From Nitrospinaceae bacterium (GTDB lineage Bacteria > Nitrospinota > Nitrospinia > Nitrospinales > Nitrospinaceae): DNA of 64,000 bases. The notes under the pieces are model-generated. The model searched no databases. It worked only from the letters and a program-made list of their open reading frames with translations, and was not told the DNA's origin. This document shows positions 38,602-48,242 of this stretch, piece after piece. Both the position numbers and the translations under genes were made by a program. The stretch's first letter is position 1. Every line of letters begins with the position of its first letter. The stretch is from contig OZ250172.1 in the NCBI GenBank assembly GCA_965237905.1, positions 576,001 through 640,000 on the forward strand. The letters are read 5' to 3'.

Positions 38602-38672
38602 AATTAGTACGCCCACCCCTCCTTAATCCTCCCCTCGGGCATGGGAGGAATATAAAGGTAGAAAAATGAGTT

Positions 38673-38718
38673 CCGGCCCTTCACCGGCGGCGATACGGCC
38701 CTGTAAACGCGGTATGGA
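38673..38718 (+). repeat. Diverged copy of the SDR 3' end / gatB-upstream junction
   Basis: 39/46 identical to 40143-40188; 38685-38707 is 20/23 identical to the SDR end 36572-36594. Confidence 0.8.
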
Positions 38719-38726
38719 TGGACCAA

Positions 38727-39125
38727 TTAAAATCTAAATTCAAAGACCTTGGCAGGTTTGGTATGGGAACCCGGGTTGTCCAGAGTAGAATAGGAATCCC
38801 AATTGTCCCGGTCCAGGGTGGGGTTATAGAGGGAAGAGGTTTTCTTCTTGATTCGGCCTTTTTGAATCGTTAATTTATTTTGCTCTGACTCTCGCCATTT
38901 GTTTTTTGATTTTTGGGGAGATCTCCATCCGCCTGCTGAATCAAAAATCCTCTTTGACAAGGGAATTTTAGAATCCTCTTCAATAGACAAATTCGAGGAA
39001 GGATCTGCAAAAACGATAAAGTTCCCCCATAGAAATAGTCCAAGCGCTAAAAGAAAAACAAGAACCGATTGGGGATAAAACCGTTCCCCTCCATCCAATT
39101 TATATGAATAATATTCTATTTCCAT
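38727..39125 (-). CDS. Hypothetical exported protein
   Basis: One hydrophobic segment; overlaps the end of the upstream binding-protein gene; start uncertain. Confidence 0.45.
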   Translation of the reverse strand: MEIEYYSYKLDGGERFYPQSVLVFLLALGLFLWGNFIVFADPSSNLSIEEDSKIPLSKRIFDSAGGWRSPQKSKNKWRESEQNKLTIQKGRIKKKTSSLYNPTLDRDNWDSYSTLDNPGSHTKPAKVFEFRF

Positions 39126-39943
39126 TTCAACGATTTAAACCAGTAGTCGTGAGTGGACATCAGCCAGGTATCCGTTTCTCGAGCAATAATCCAGGAATTT
39201 AAGAAGTTGAGAAAATCCGGGTCCCCTTTGTTGATCGCAAACCCAGCCTTGTAAGCCAAGAGCGGCTCGGATAAAGGGACATCCACTTTTCCAGGGTGAT
39301 CCAATGCAATAAAACGGGGAATCGGTTTGGCTTCCAGGTAAGCATGGATTTTCCCGGTTACAATCGCGTCCTCGGCTTCATTGCTCTTTTTGAATGCCAT
39401 GATCGTGGCCTTCTTGAAAATTCTCTTGGCGAGACCCTCTGCAACCGTTACTGATATCACACCAATTTTTATGGATTGCCGGTTGAGTTCTTCAACACTT
39501 TTGATGTGCTTCGTACGTTCAATATTGGTCGCCAGACTGATCCCTGATGTGGCGTAGGGCAAACTGAAATTCACTTTCAAGGCGCGTTGCGGGGTGATCG
39601 CCATGCCCGCTATAATAATATCTATTTCGCTGTCATTAAGAGCAGGAATCAGGTTTTCCCAATCATAGGAAATGAATTTAGGAGTGACTCCCATATCCTT
39701 TGACAGCTTTTTGGCAACGTCCATTTCGAAGCCCACTAATTTCCCGGTTTTATCCTTAAAAACCCACGGCGTGAACGGAGAAATACCTACGCGAAGGATT
39801 CCTTTTCCCCTTATTTTATTAAAGCTCGAATGAGAGGCTGTTTCAGTTGCCGACGCGGACTGGATAATCCCCACAAAAAAGAAAAGAAAAAAGATAATCC
39901 AGACAGGTAAACGATGCGTTTTAAAAATTTTTGTTTGAGTCAT
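39116..39943 (-). CDS. Amino-acid ABC transporter substrate-binding protein (family 3), orphan
   Basis: LRVG, GFEMDVAK, IDIIIAGMAITPQRA..VNFSLPY. Confidence 0.9.
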   Translation of the reverse strand: MTQTKIFKTHRLPVWIIFFLFFFVGIIQSASATETASHSSFNKIRGKGILRVGISPFTPWVFKDKTGKLVGFEMDVAKKLSKDMGVTPKFISYDWENLIPALNDSEIDIIIAGMAITPQRALKVNFSLPYATSGISLATNIERTKHIKSVEELNRQSIKIGVISVTVAEGLAKRIFKKATIMAFKKSNEAEDAIVTGKIHAYLEAKPIPRFIALDHPGKVDVPLSEPLLAYKAGFAINKGDPDFLNFLNSWIIARETDTWLMSTHDYWFKSLKWK

Positions 39944-40091
39944 AAAATGTGATTATCCTCAAAAAGTAATCGGAAAGAATTTGAATGCGCCAGGGAAAAG
40001 AATTTTATAGGTCATTATATTTGAAATGATTAAGGAAGGGGATAAAACTTAAGATACTTTGAGATCTGAACCTACCCTTTTCATCCTCCCT

Positions 40092-40188
40092 CGGAACAGG
40101 TCTTGGACATTCTTTAATCATCTGGGTCCAGCGTCACGCTGGCCGGCGCTTCGCCGGTGGCTATATGGCCCTGTAAACACGGTATTGA
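40092..40188 (+). repeat. Composite: arsC 3'-end copy + REP copy 3 + SDR 3'-end copy
   Basis: 40092-40160 is 63/69 identical to 37933-38001; 40155-40177 is 21/23 identical to 36572-36594. Confidence 0.85.
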
Positions 40189-40213
40189 CTGGCTCCCGCC
40201 TGACGTTTAGAAT
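40185..40213 (+). promoter_or_regulatory. Sigma70-type promoter upstream of gatB
   Basis: TTGACT-N17-TAGAAT. Confidence 0.7.
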
Positions 40214-40307
40214 CCACAGATACCGCTAGAGATGAGTGGGATACCCCTGACGGCCCGCGTATGGGCTGTTTTTTTGAGTGAAGCGCTTATGAGCGCACCA
40301 AAAAACT

Positions 40308-41747
40308 ATGAACTATGAAGTAGTTATAGGGCTGGAAGTGCATGTCCAGCTGAAAACCCAGTCGAAGATTTTCTGTGCCTGCTCGACGGAGTTCGGGAAA
40401 CCGCCCAACGCCAACACCTGCCCGATCTGCCTCGGCATGCCGGGGGTTCTGCCGGTGCTGAACAAGAAGGTGGTGGAGTACGCCATCAAGGCCTGTCTGG
40501 CGACCCATTGCGAGGTCCAGCCTATGAGCCGCTTCGCCCGCAAAAATTATTTTTATCCCGACCTGCCGAAGGGTTACCAGATCACTCAGTTTGAACTGCC
40601 CATCGGGCTCAACGGCTACATCAATATTCAAACCAACGGCGCGCCTAAAAGGATCGGCCTGACCCGCATCCATCTGGAAGAAGACGCCGGTAAATCGATT
40701 CACGGCGAAAATCTGGGGCGGCCCGGCAAGAGTTACGTCGATTACAACCGCACCGGTGTGCCGCTCATCGAAATTGTGAGCGAGCCGGATTTGCGGTCGC
40801 CGGCAGAAGCGCGGGAATACCTCGTCCAACTCAAAGCCATTCTCGATTACGCCGAAGTCAGCGACGTCAACATGGAAGAAGGCAGTCTGCGGTGCGACGC
40901 CAACGTGTCCCTGCGGCCGGTGGGTCAGGCGGAGTTGGGGACCCGCACCGAGCTCAAAAATATCAACTCCTTCAAGTTTGTGCAAAAAGCGCTGGAGTAT
41001 GAAATCGAGCGGCAGGCCAAAATCCTCGACCAGGGCGACGCCGTGGTGCAGGAAACCCGTTTGTACGATTCCGCAAAGGGAGTTACCTTTCCCATGCGCT
41101 CCAAGGAAGAAGCGCACGACTACCGGTACTTTCCGGAGCCCGATCTGGTGCCCACCGTGTGCGACGCGGCGTGGATCGATTCGGTCCGGCAATCGCTTCC
41201 TGAGATGCCGGAACAGAAACGCGACCGGTTCGTCCGCGAATACGAAATTCCCGAATACGACGCGGGCGTGCTGACCACCTCGAAAGCCCTGGCAGATTAT
41301 TTCGAAACCTGCGTGAAACTGTTTCCTCAACCCAAAACCGTCAGCAACTGGATCATGGGTGACCTGCTGAGGGAATTGAAAAACAACGGTAAAGACATCG
41401 ACGATTGCCCGGTCACCCCGGAGCGGCTGACCGATCTCTTGAAGTTGATTGACGACGGGACGATCAGCGGTAAAATGGCCAAAACGGTATTCGAGGAAAT
41501 ATATCGTTCCGGCAAACCGGCGGCGGAGATCGTCAAGGCAAAAGGACTGACGCAGATCACCGACGAATCCGCCCTGCTGAAGATGGTGGAGGACGTCATC
41601 GCCGCCAACCCCGGCCAGGCGGCGGATTTCAAAAACGGCAAGGACAAGCTGATGGGATTTTTTGTCGGACAGGTGATGCAGGCCAGCAAAGGCCAGGCCA
41701 ACCCAGCTCTGGTCAACAAATTACTAAAGGAAAAGTTAAGTTCCTAA
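40308..41747 (+). CDS. gatB: Asp/Glu-tRNA amidotransferase subunit B
   Basis: [42 protein letters not shown]. Confidence 0.97.
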   Translation: MNYEVVIGLEVHVQLKTQSKIFCACSTEFGKPPNANTCPICLGMPGVLPVLNKKVVEYAIKACLATHCEVQPMSRFARKNYFYPDLPKGYQITQFELPIGLNGYINIQTNGAPKRIGLTRIHLEEDAGKSIHGENLGRPGKSYVDYNRTGVPLIEIVSEPDLRSPAEAREYLVQLKAILDYAEVSDVNMEEGSLRCDANVSLRPVGQAELGTRTELKNINSFKFVQKALEYEIERQAKILDQGDAVVQETRLYDSAKGVTFPMRSKEEAHDYRYFPEPDLVPTVCDAAWIDSVRQSLPEMPEQKRDRFVREYEIPEYDAGVLTTSKALADYFETCVKLFPQPKTVSNWIMGDLLRELKNNGKDIDDCPVTPERLTDLLKLIDDGTISGKMAKTVFEEIYRSGKPAAEIVKAKGLTQITDESALLKMVEDVIAANPGQAADFKNGKDKLMGFFVGQVMQASKGQANPALVNKLLKEKLSS

Positions 41748-42304
41748 TGATCATGCCGACAATTTCCTCAAAAACCCTTTTCATGGTGTCCTGCGCTTTA
41801 ATTGGGGCGATCACATGGAGCTTGCCCGCCCTGGCGGGAGCGCCACAAGATTCGCCGGCGGAAAAAATCTGGTCGCAGGACAAACGATTCGTCGACAACG
41901 GGGACGGAACCGTCACCGACACGAAAACTCACTTGATGTGGATGAAGCAGGATTCCTACCAGCACACCGGCCATTGGCTCACCTGGCTGGAATCTTTTGA
42001 CTACATCAAAAAAACCAACGAAGACGGGTTCGCCAATCACTATGACTGGGAAATGCCGACCTTAGAGGATTTAAAAACCCTGCACGAACCCCACAAGACC
42101 AACAGCCAGCAGGTTGGACGTGAAATGAAAATTCATATCGACCCGATCTTCGCGCAGGAGGGTTCGGGGGCTTGGTGGGCTCTGGAAGCCAACGGACATT
42201 TCAATGCCTTCGGTATTGAATTCAATAATGGGAAACGGTTTTCGGCGCCTAAAAAATCGAAAGCCCGGAAAGCGGTGCGACCCATGCGGGTGGTCAAGCC
42301 TTGA
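41747..42304 (+). CDS. Exported DUF1566 (Lcl C-terminal) domain protein
   Basis: RFVDNGDGTVTDTKTHLMW, DWEMPTLEDL. Confidence 0.85.
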   Translation: MIMPTISSKTLFMVSCALIGAITWSLPALAGAPQDSPAEKIWSQDKRFVDNGDGTVTDTKTHLMWMKQDSYQHTGHWLTWLESFDYIKKTNEDGFANHYDWEMPTLEDLKTLHEPHKTNSQQVGREMKIHIDPIFAQEGSGAWWALEANGHFNAFGIEFNNGKRFSAPKKSKARKAVRPMRVVKP

Positions 42305-42332
42305 CGGTCTCTGAACAAAAAAGGGGTTACCT

Positions 42333-43955
42333 TTGAAGCGACGCGATTGGAATTTTTTAATTTTGGGTGCAGGGGTGGCAGTGGGCTTGATGATGTTCTC
42401 CCAACCGGCAGAAGCGCGGTTTCCGGGCATGGACATCACCCTGTGGGACGCGCATCAGGCCAAGGAAGACCGTAAAAACTCCGCTTACCTGGAGTTTCAT
42501 AAACTGGTCGAGCAAAAGAATTATGATGAGGCCATGCAACTGATCGCCCGTGCCCATCAGCAAAATCCGCAAAAAGGCACGCCTCTGGTATTAAAATCCC
42601 TGCTCCTTTATGAAATGAAACGCTACAAGGAGTCCTACACAATTCTGCAACAGGGCCGGAACATCCAGCACCGGCACCCCGCCATTCCCTTCGCGCACTG
42701 CCGGCTCTATCGCATCATGGGGAACGTGGAACTCTCGGACCAGGCCTGTAAAATCGCGGTGCACCAGCATGAAAACAACAAGGACGCCCATTACGAGTTT
42801 GCACAAACATTGGCCGCAATGGGATACATGGAACTGGCCAACAAGGAGTTGGTCCGCGCCGCCGAGTTGGATGCGTCCAATCCGATTTACCCTTTCGAGC
42901 GGGGAATGAATTTCTTTTACTTGAACGATCTGAAAGAAGCCGAGCGTTCGTTTCTCAAAGCCTTATCCCTCAATCCTGACGATCTGGAATCCGGTTACCA
43001 GCTGGGATACCTGTACGCGTTGCAAAAGAACTTCAAGCAAGCTGAGGTCCATCTCAACCGTATCTGGCAAACGCGGCAGGACCACCCCAAGGTGGACGCC
43101 GCCCGGGCTTTGATCGAACTCATCAAAAAGGGCGACACCGATAAGCTTCCCGCCCAGGTGAATCATCACAGCTATCACCTCAACCGGTCACGAGCCCTTT
43201 ACCAGTCCGGCGAGTACGGCCTCTCGCTGTTTGAAATCCAAACCGCCCACCGCCTCAAACCGAACGATAAAGCCACCCATCATATCCTGGTCGCTATCGC
43301 CAGCCTGTTATTGCGGCTGGACTTGACCGAAAAGTCCGTCAAGCAACTGATGAGCGCCCATCCCAATGATAAAACCCTGCAGGCCAAAGGACTCCAGGAA
43401 CTGGGCGATATGAGAATGATGCGGGGTCAACTGGATCAGGCGCGTAACTATTATAAAAAATCCGAAGCGATGGGTGACCCGGACGGCCTGGCCAAAATCA
43501 GTCTGGCTGAACTGCCGCTTCAAACTCCGGACACTCGGCCCGCGCTGGATTCCAGCGAACCGTTTTTCGATCTCGTGAAAGCACTGAACCGAAAAGGTGA
43601 AGTATTCGCTCATTATGGAATGTACCAACGAGCGCTGGCCTTGTACTCCCTGGCTCTCCGAACCTACCCCGGACATTTGATGAGCAAACTCAATATGGCG
43701 GCCGCCTATTACAAAATGGGAACGCCGCACAAGACCATCACCCTTCTGGAACGAACCCTGATTTCTCATCCCGATCATGAACATATCCTCGCCCACAGGG
43801 TGCTTCTAGCCAAGGCTTATGCTCAAAAGGGCGACCGCGAAGGAGCACTCGAGAACTTGAAACTCATCCGAAAAATCAAACCGTCCATCCTCAGAGTGCT
43901 GAGAGCCGATCCCGCATTCAAGGATTTGAAAGATCATGAATTGTTCCGGCAATGA
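42333..43955 (+). CDS. Exported tetratricopeptide repeat protein
   Basis: Signal peptide (AEA) and multiple TPR-like helical repeats. Confidence 0.8.
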   Translation: MKRRDWNFLILGAGVAVGLMMFSQPAEARFPGMDITLWDAHQAKEDRKNSAYLEFHKLVEQKNYDEAMQLIARAHQQNPQKGTPLVLKSLLLYEMKRYKESYTILQQGRNIQHRHPAIPFAHCRLYRIMGNVELSDQACKIAVHQHENNKDAHYEFAQTLAAMGYMELANKELVRAAELDASNPIYPFERGMNFFYLNDLKEAERSFLKALSLNPDDLESGYQLGYLYALQKNFKQAEVHLNRIWQTRQDHPKVDAARALIELIKKGDTDKLPAQVNHHSYHLNRSRALYQSGEYGLSLFEIQTAHRLKPNDKATHHILVAIASLLLRLDLTEKSVKQLMSAHPNDKTLQAKGLQELGDMRMMRGQLDQARNYYKKSEAMGDPDGLAKISLAELPLQTPDTRPALDSSEPFFDLVKALNRKGEVFAHYGMYQRALALYSLALRTYPGHLMSKLNMAAAYYKMGTPHKTITLLERTLISHPDHEHILAHRVLLAKAYAQKGDREGALENLKLIRKIKPSILRVLRADPAFKDLKDHELFRQ

Positions 43956-44127
43956 CCTTGAAATTCCAACCCTTAATACCAACAACACCCGCGCAAAATG
44001 GTTGCAATAATATAAAGTTTGACAACTCTCTCTTTTCTTGGTTACATGAAAAGATACGAACAATTCAGTGCAAAACCAGCAAGCTGATTGTTCACTTATA
44101 GCCAACCCAATAAATCGGGGAAATGCC

Positions 44128-44580
44128 ATGAGTTTGTTTCAAAATGGTAAAGCACGCGTGGTCGTGTCCTTGCGAATATGTTTTGCAGGATTGCTCTTTT
44201 TAGTATTCTTCACCCCTAATCTGGTTTTTGCGAATGCCTGCCAGGACGCGACCCAGAACCTTCGCTCCAGCTTTGAAGTCACTCAGGGCCGGGGTGGCAT
44301 CTGGGGATACATGGAAAAGAGCTCTTCTCTTAGAGGAGATTCCATGATTGGCTTCCAGGTGGATGGCAAATTACAGCGCATCATTGTCATCTTCGAATCC
44401 CAATGCGCCAAGTCGAAGCAACCTTCCAAAAAGAATTATCAAAAAATTGACAACATTCTGGGTGACGCGCGGATGATCTTCAACCTGCGGCCGGGCAGGG
44501 ATCCCGTCAAAAAAATCATGGCAAAAATCAACGGGCTTCATTCCAACTTGAACAAATTGATTAAAGAATTGGAAGCCTAA
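44128..44580 (+). CDS. Exported hypothetical protein
   Basis: Signal peptide ending VFA; two Cys; lies directly upstream of bcp. Confidence 0.6.
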   Translation: MSLFQNGKARVVVSLRICFAGLLFLVFFTPNLVFANACQDATQNLRSSFEVTQGRGGIWGYMEKSSSLRGDSMIGFQVDGKLQRIIVIFESQCAKSKQPSKKNYQKIDNILGDARMIFNLRPGRDPVKKIMAKINGLHSNLNKLIKELEA

Positions 44581-44599
44581 ACCACACCTTTTATTCTCT

Positions 44600-45058
44600 A
44601 TGATCAAAGAAGGAAACAAGGCTCCCGATTTTTCAGCCTCTGATCAAAACGGGAAAAAAATCAAACTCAGCTCCTTCAAGGGCAAGAAGAACGTCGTCCT
44701 CTATTTTTATCCCAAGGACATGACTCCCGGTTGCACCACCGAAGCCTGCGATTTTCGCGACCATTCCAAAAATTTCAAAAATACGGAAATCCTCGGCGTC
44801 AGTATTGACTCCGCTGAAAGACACCAAAAATTCATCGGAAAATACGATTTGCCGTTTACACTGATCAGTGATGTCGATCAAAAGGTGGTGAACAAGTACG
44901 GCGTCTGGCAGGAAAAGAAGCTCTATGGCAGGAAGTTCATGGGTATCGTACGGAGCACGTTCATCATCGACAAGTCAGGAGTGGTTCGCAAAATTTTCCC
45001 CAAGGTCAAAGTCAAGGGGCACATCGATGAAGTGTTGGAAGCTTTGAAGGAACTCTGA
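44600..45058 (+). CDS. bcp: Thioredoxin-dependent peroxiredoxin Bcp
   Basis: YFYPKDMTPGCTTEACDFRD. Confidence 0.95.
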   Translation: MIKEGNKAPDFSASDQNGKKIKLSSFKGKKNVVLYFYPKDMTPGCTTEACDFRDHSKNFKNTEILGVSIDSAERHQKFIGKYDLPFTLISDVDQKVVNKYGVWQEKKLYGRKFMGIVRSTFIIDKSGVVRKIFPKVKVKGHIDEVLEALKEL

Positions 45059-45061
45059 TCT

Positions 45062-46498
45062 TTACCGGCGCGGACGCGCCATCAACCGTTCGATCTCTAC
45101 CACCCGCCTCGGTATCCCTTTCGACAAATTGGCACACCCGGTCTTGGTAATCAGCAGGTTGTCCTCAATTCGAATCCCGATTTCCTCATCGTAAATCTTG
45201 CCTTTATGTTTCCACCGAAACTTGCCGTAAAGGCCCGGTTCATTGCTGATCAACCACCCCGGCCTCATCGGCTCGATCCCGTAATCCCGAAACGGGTCAC
45301 CGTCGTGCTCCTGCTCGCCTATCAGATGGCTCACACCGTGGGGACGGCCTTTATAAGCCATTTTGGATTTGCCGCCCAGATTGTGAAATTTCTCGTCCAA
45401 ACCCTTTTGCAGAGTTTCCCAACACACATCATTCAGCTCCACAATGGTCACTCCGGCGCACGCCTTGGCCTCCACTGCCAACTGCGCTTCCAGCACGATC
45501 TCGTACAAAATTTTCTGCATCGGATTGAACTTTCCGGAAGCGGGGACCGTACGGGAGATATCCGCATGCATGGTCATCCAGCGCACACCAAAATCCAATA
45601 GCACCAGTTCCCCTTTGGCGATGGGGTCGTCATTTTTCATATAGTGCAACACCGTGGCGTTATGACCGGCCGCGATGATCCCCGGAAAGCTGAGGCCATA
45701 AGGCGAGTTCATCAACATCTGCCCTTCAAGAAACCCCTGCACCTGGTATTCGTTGTCGAACTGCCTGAAGTTCTGCAAGGTTTCCTTGAACGCTTTGCCT
45801 GTAATCGTCTGCGCCTTGAGGGTGTTGGCAATATCGTAAGCATCCAGCGGCAGTCGCAACTCAAAGTGGGACTGCATGATATTGCTGAGGCTTCCTTTCG
45901 GTGCCTTCACTTTTTTCAGCAGACCTTCAATTCTCTTTTTGAATTTCCAGTTATGATCGGTTTTAATGGTGCGCCGGTTACCGGCGCGCGTGCTTTCGAG
46001 CCAGAACGTACCCGCCTGTTTCTTTGTCCTTTTCGAGAAGCGTTTCTTGAAAATTTCATCGAAGTCATCGATGTCCTGCACGTCCTTGATCCCGGTCACC
46101 CGCTTCACTTCGCGGATGCTGGCCGGATCCCCCACACCAAAGCGGACGCCGTCCCAGAATTCTTTTCTCGGGTCCTTCTTTTTAACAAACAAAATTTCGT
46201 CCGACTCTTTAGACCCGGGGTCCAGCAATAGAATCACTTCTGACTGGTTGACGCCGGTCAGGTACATGACCGTCGGTTCCTGATAGGTAGGAGCATAGGC
46301 GTAGGTCCAGGTTGTCTCCTCCCCCGGCCCATAGGGCACACCGGTCAGCACCATCAACTGGTTTTCCTTTTTCATCAACTTGCGGCGGCGTTCCCGAAAA
46401 CGGCTTTTGGCACGAGCGCCCGCGCCCCCGTCACGAAAGATCCCGGAGTATATTTTCTTGCCGTTTTTCACCGCAAAACCGTTGGATTTCACATGCAT
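45062..46498 (-). CDS. pepP: Xaa-Pro aminopeptidase (M24B)
   Basis: YLTG, NATVLHY, LLDFG..ADISRTVP, HGVSHLIG..EHD, NEPGLY, GIRIEDN. Confidence 0.85.
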   Translation of the reverse strand: MHVKSNGFAVKNGKKIYSGIFRDGGAGARAKSRFRERRRKLMKKENQLMVLTGVPYGPGEETTWTYAYAPTYQEPTVMYLTGVNQSEVILLLDPGSKESDEILFVKKKDPRKEFWDGVRFGVGDPASIREVKRVTGIKDVQDIDDFDEIFKKRFSKRTKKQAGTFWLESTRAGNRRTIKTDHNWKFKKRIEGLLKKVKAPKGSLSNIMQSHFELRLPLDAYDIANTLKAQTITGKAFKETLQNFRQFDNEYQVQGFLEGQMLMNSPYGLSFPGIIAAGHNATVLHYMKNDDPIAKGELVLLDFGVRWMTMHADISRTVPASGKFNPMQKILYEIVLEAQLAVEAKACAGVTIVELNDVCWETLQKGLDEKFHNLGGKSKMAYKGRPHGVSHLIGEQEHDGDPFRDYGIEPMRPGWLISNEPGLYGKFRWKHKGKIYDEEIGIRIEDNLLITKTGCANLSKGIPRRVVEIERLMARPRR

Positions 46499-46688
46499 GA
46501 CATTTCCTAAAATGGATTGAAGCCTTATCGATCTTTAACAATTCATTATATGATTGAAACCAAAACCTCTCAAATTTTCTTTCACCCCCCTACCGGGGGA
46601 GGGAGCTTGCTGACGGTTAATGGCAGTCGATGACTATGGGGCGCAGTTCAAGGTTTTAAATTTGCTCCGGGCCTTGCCCGGGCGGTAT

Positions 46689-47297
46689 TTATTTTTTCCG
46701 CAGTATCGCCAACCACTCTTTATCCCGGCGTTTCTCACTCGAAAACGAACATTTCTCGAGGCGTTCGATATTGAACCCCCCTGAAAAATGGGTCCGAATA
46801 TCGGCCTCGGTGGTATTGAACGGCGGGCCGCCATCTTCTCCCGTCTCATAAAACAATCCGAACAACAGGCCGCCAGGTTTCAAAATTCGGGACACGGTCT
46901 CGACATACGCCGACCTTTGATCGGGATGAATCGCGCAGAAAAACGTCTGCTCCAGCAGGTTGTCGTATACCCGGTCATGCTTGGCCTCCAACTCAAAAAA
47001 ATCCCGGTGCAAAACCTGTGCGCTGAGTTTTTTGTTGCTCAAGGAATCACGGAGCAATTTGACCGCTCCGGGGGAAAAGTCGACACCCGTCACCTCAAAC
47101 CCCCGCTCAGCGAAATAGATCACTTCATGCCCCTGCCCGCACCCGGGAACGATCAGCGTCCCCGGCTGGAGCAAGTTGTCTTTCCACAGGCGGACGAAAG
47201 GATTGGCCACCTCCCCCAGGTCCCAGGCGAGATCGTTTTCATCGTAATGTTTCTGCCAATCGGCCTGCTCATAGCCGTTGCGGATTTCTTCAGTCAT
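46689..47297 (-). CDS. TPMT-family SAM-dependent methyltransferase
   Basis: WDLG, VPGCGQGHE, DFF, FFCAIHP, GGPPF. Confidence 0.85.
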   Translation of the reverse strand: MTEEIRNGYEQADWQKHYDENDLAWDLGEVANPFVRLWKDNLLQPGTLIVPGCGQGHEVIYFAERGFEVTGVDFSPGAVKLLRDSLSNKKLSAQVLHRDFFELEAKHDRVYDNLLEQTFFCAIHPDQRSAYVETVSRILKPGGLLFGLFYETGEDGGPPFNTTEADIRTHFSGGFNIERLEKCSFSSEKRRDKEWLAILRKK

Positions 47298-47303
47298 AAT
47301 GAG

Positions 47304-48242
47304 TCACTGTTTGCTGAAATATTCTTTCAAATGTTGAAAAGCAGTGCGGGCCATCGCTTCCACCGCTTCGACGGCGTTGCCGCCGATGTGCGGAGTAACC
47401 ATCAATTGAGGACATGCCAGCAGTTCGGTATCCTCCGGCGGCTCCTGAGAGAACACATCCAAAGCCGCGCCAGCGATGGTTTCCTTGACAAGCGCTTCTT
47501 TGAGGGCCGCCTGATCCACCACGTCTCCCCGACTGGTGTTAATCAAAAATGCCGTCGGCCGCATTCGGCGGAGGGTGGTTACGTCAATCATGTGCCGCGT
47601 TTCCTCTGTCAATGGAACGTGCAGGGAAATAATATCGGCTCCTTCCAGCACTTCCTCGAAACTTTTCTCAAGGGCATCGGTCTCTGTGCAAAATTCGGAC
47701 ATATCCAATATATCGCGAATCCAGACCCGGCACTCAAACGGTTTTAACAGCCGCACCACTTCTTTGCCGATGTTCCCGCACCCGACGATGCCCACGGTTT
47801 TACCCTGGAGGAGCCGTCCCCCTTCCTTAGCCCATTGCCCCTGCTTGAGAGCCCATCCGCCCTTGAACACATTATGACACAGCCCCAGCATGAAGCTGAG
47901 GGTCAATTCGGCTACCGAACGCCGGTTGACGCCTGCTGTCCATCCCAGTTCAACCTGGTGCCGTTGCAGAGCTTCCGGATCGATATTATCGAGGCCCACT
48001 CCGTATTTCGCGACGATTTTCAATTGCGGCAGGGCGGAGAGCACCTTATCGGTAATCCCATCGCGCCCGACCAACAGTGCGTCGGCCTGACCGGCAAACC
48101 GGATCAACTCGTCCTCGTTCAGGTAACGTCCCTTATCATTGAACAACGGTTGCGGAAAGAGGTCGGAGAGTTGGTCCCGGAGCGTGGAAGAATCACAAAT
48201 AGGCGGTGGGGTGACCGCCACCCGCGGGGTTATCCGGGTCAT
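47304..48242 (-). CDS. D-2-hydroxyacid / phosphoglycerate dehydrogenase family protein
   Basis: GVGLDNID, SVAELT, GCGNIG, INTSRG, LDVF..EP, TPHIGG; ATG overlaps the upstream stop. Confidence 0.88.
   Translation of the reverse strand: MTRITPRVAVTPPPICDSSTLRDQLSDLFPQPLFNDKGRYLNEDELIRFAGQADALLVGRDGITDKVLSALPQLKIVAKYGVGLDNIDPEALQRHQVELGWTAGVNRRSVAELTLSFMLGLCHNVFKGGWALKQGQWAKEGGRLLQGKTVGIVGCGNIGKEVVRLLKPFECRVWIRDILDMSEFCTETDALEKSFEEVLEGADIISLHVPLTEETRHMIDVTTLRRMRPTAFLINTSRGDVVDQAALKEALVKETIAGAALDVFSQEPPEDTELLACPQLMVTPHIGGNAVEAVEAMARTAFQHLKEYFSKQ

Noticed and set aside
38612..38649. Pyrimidine-rich tract with a TCCTCCC/GGGAGGA hairpin, loosely echoed at 40071-40094
   Set aside because: Low complexity and only a partial match; may be a further junction remnant but cannot be supported on its own
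35725..40190. CRISPR array or classical integron
   Set aside because: Repeats are irregularly spaced by whole genes; no cas or intI gene and no clear attC structure
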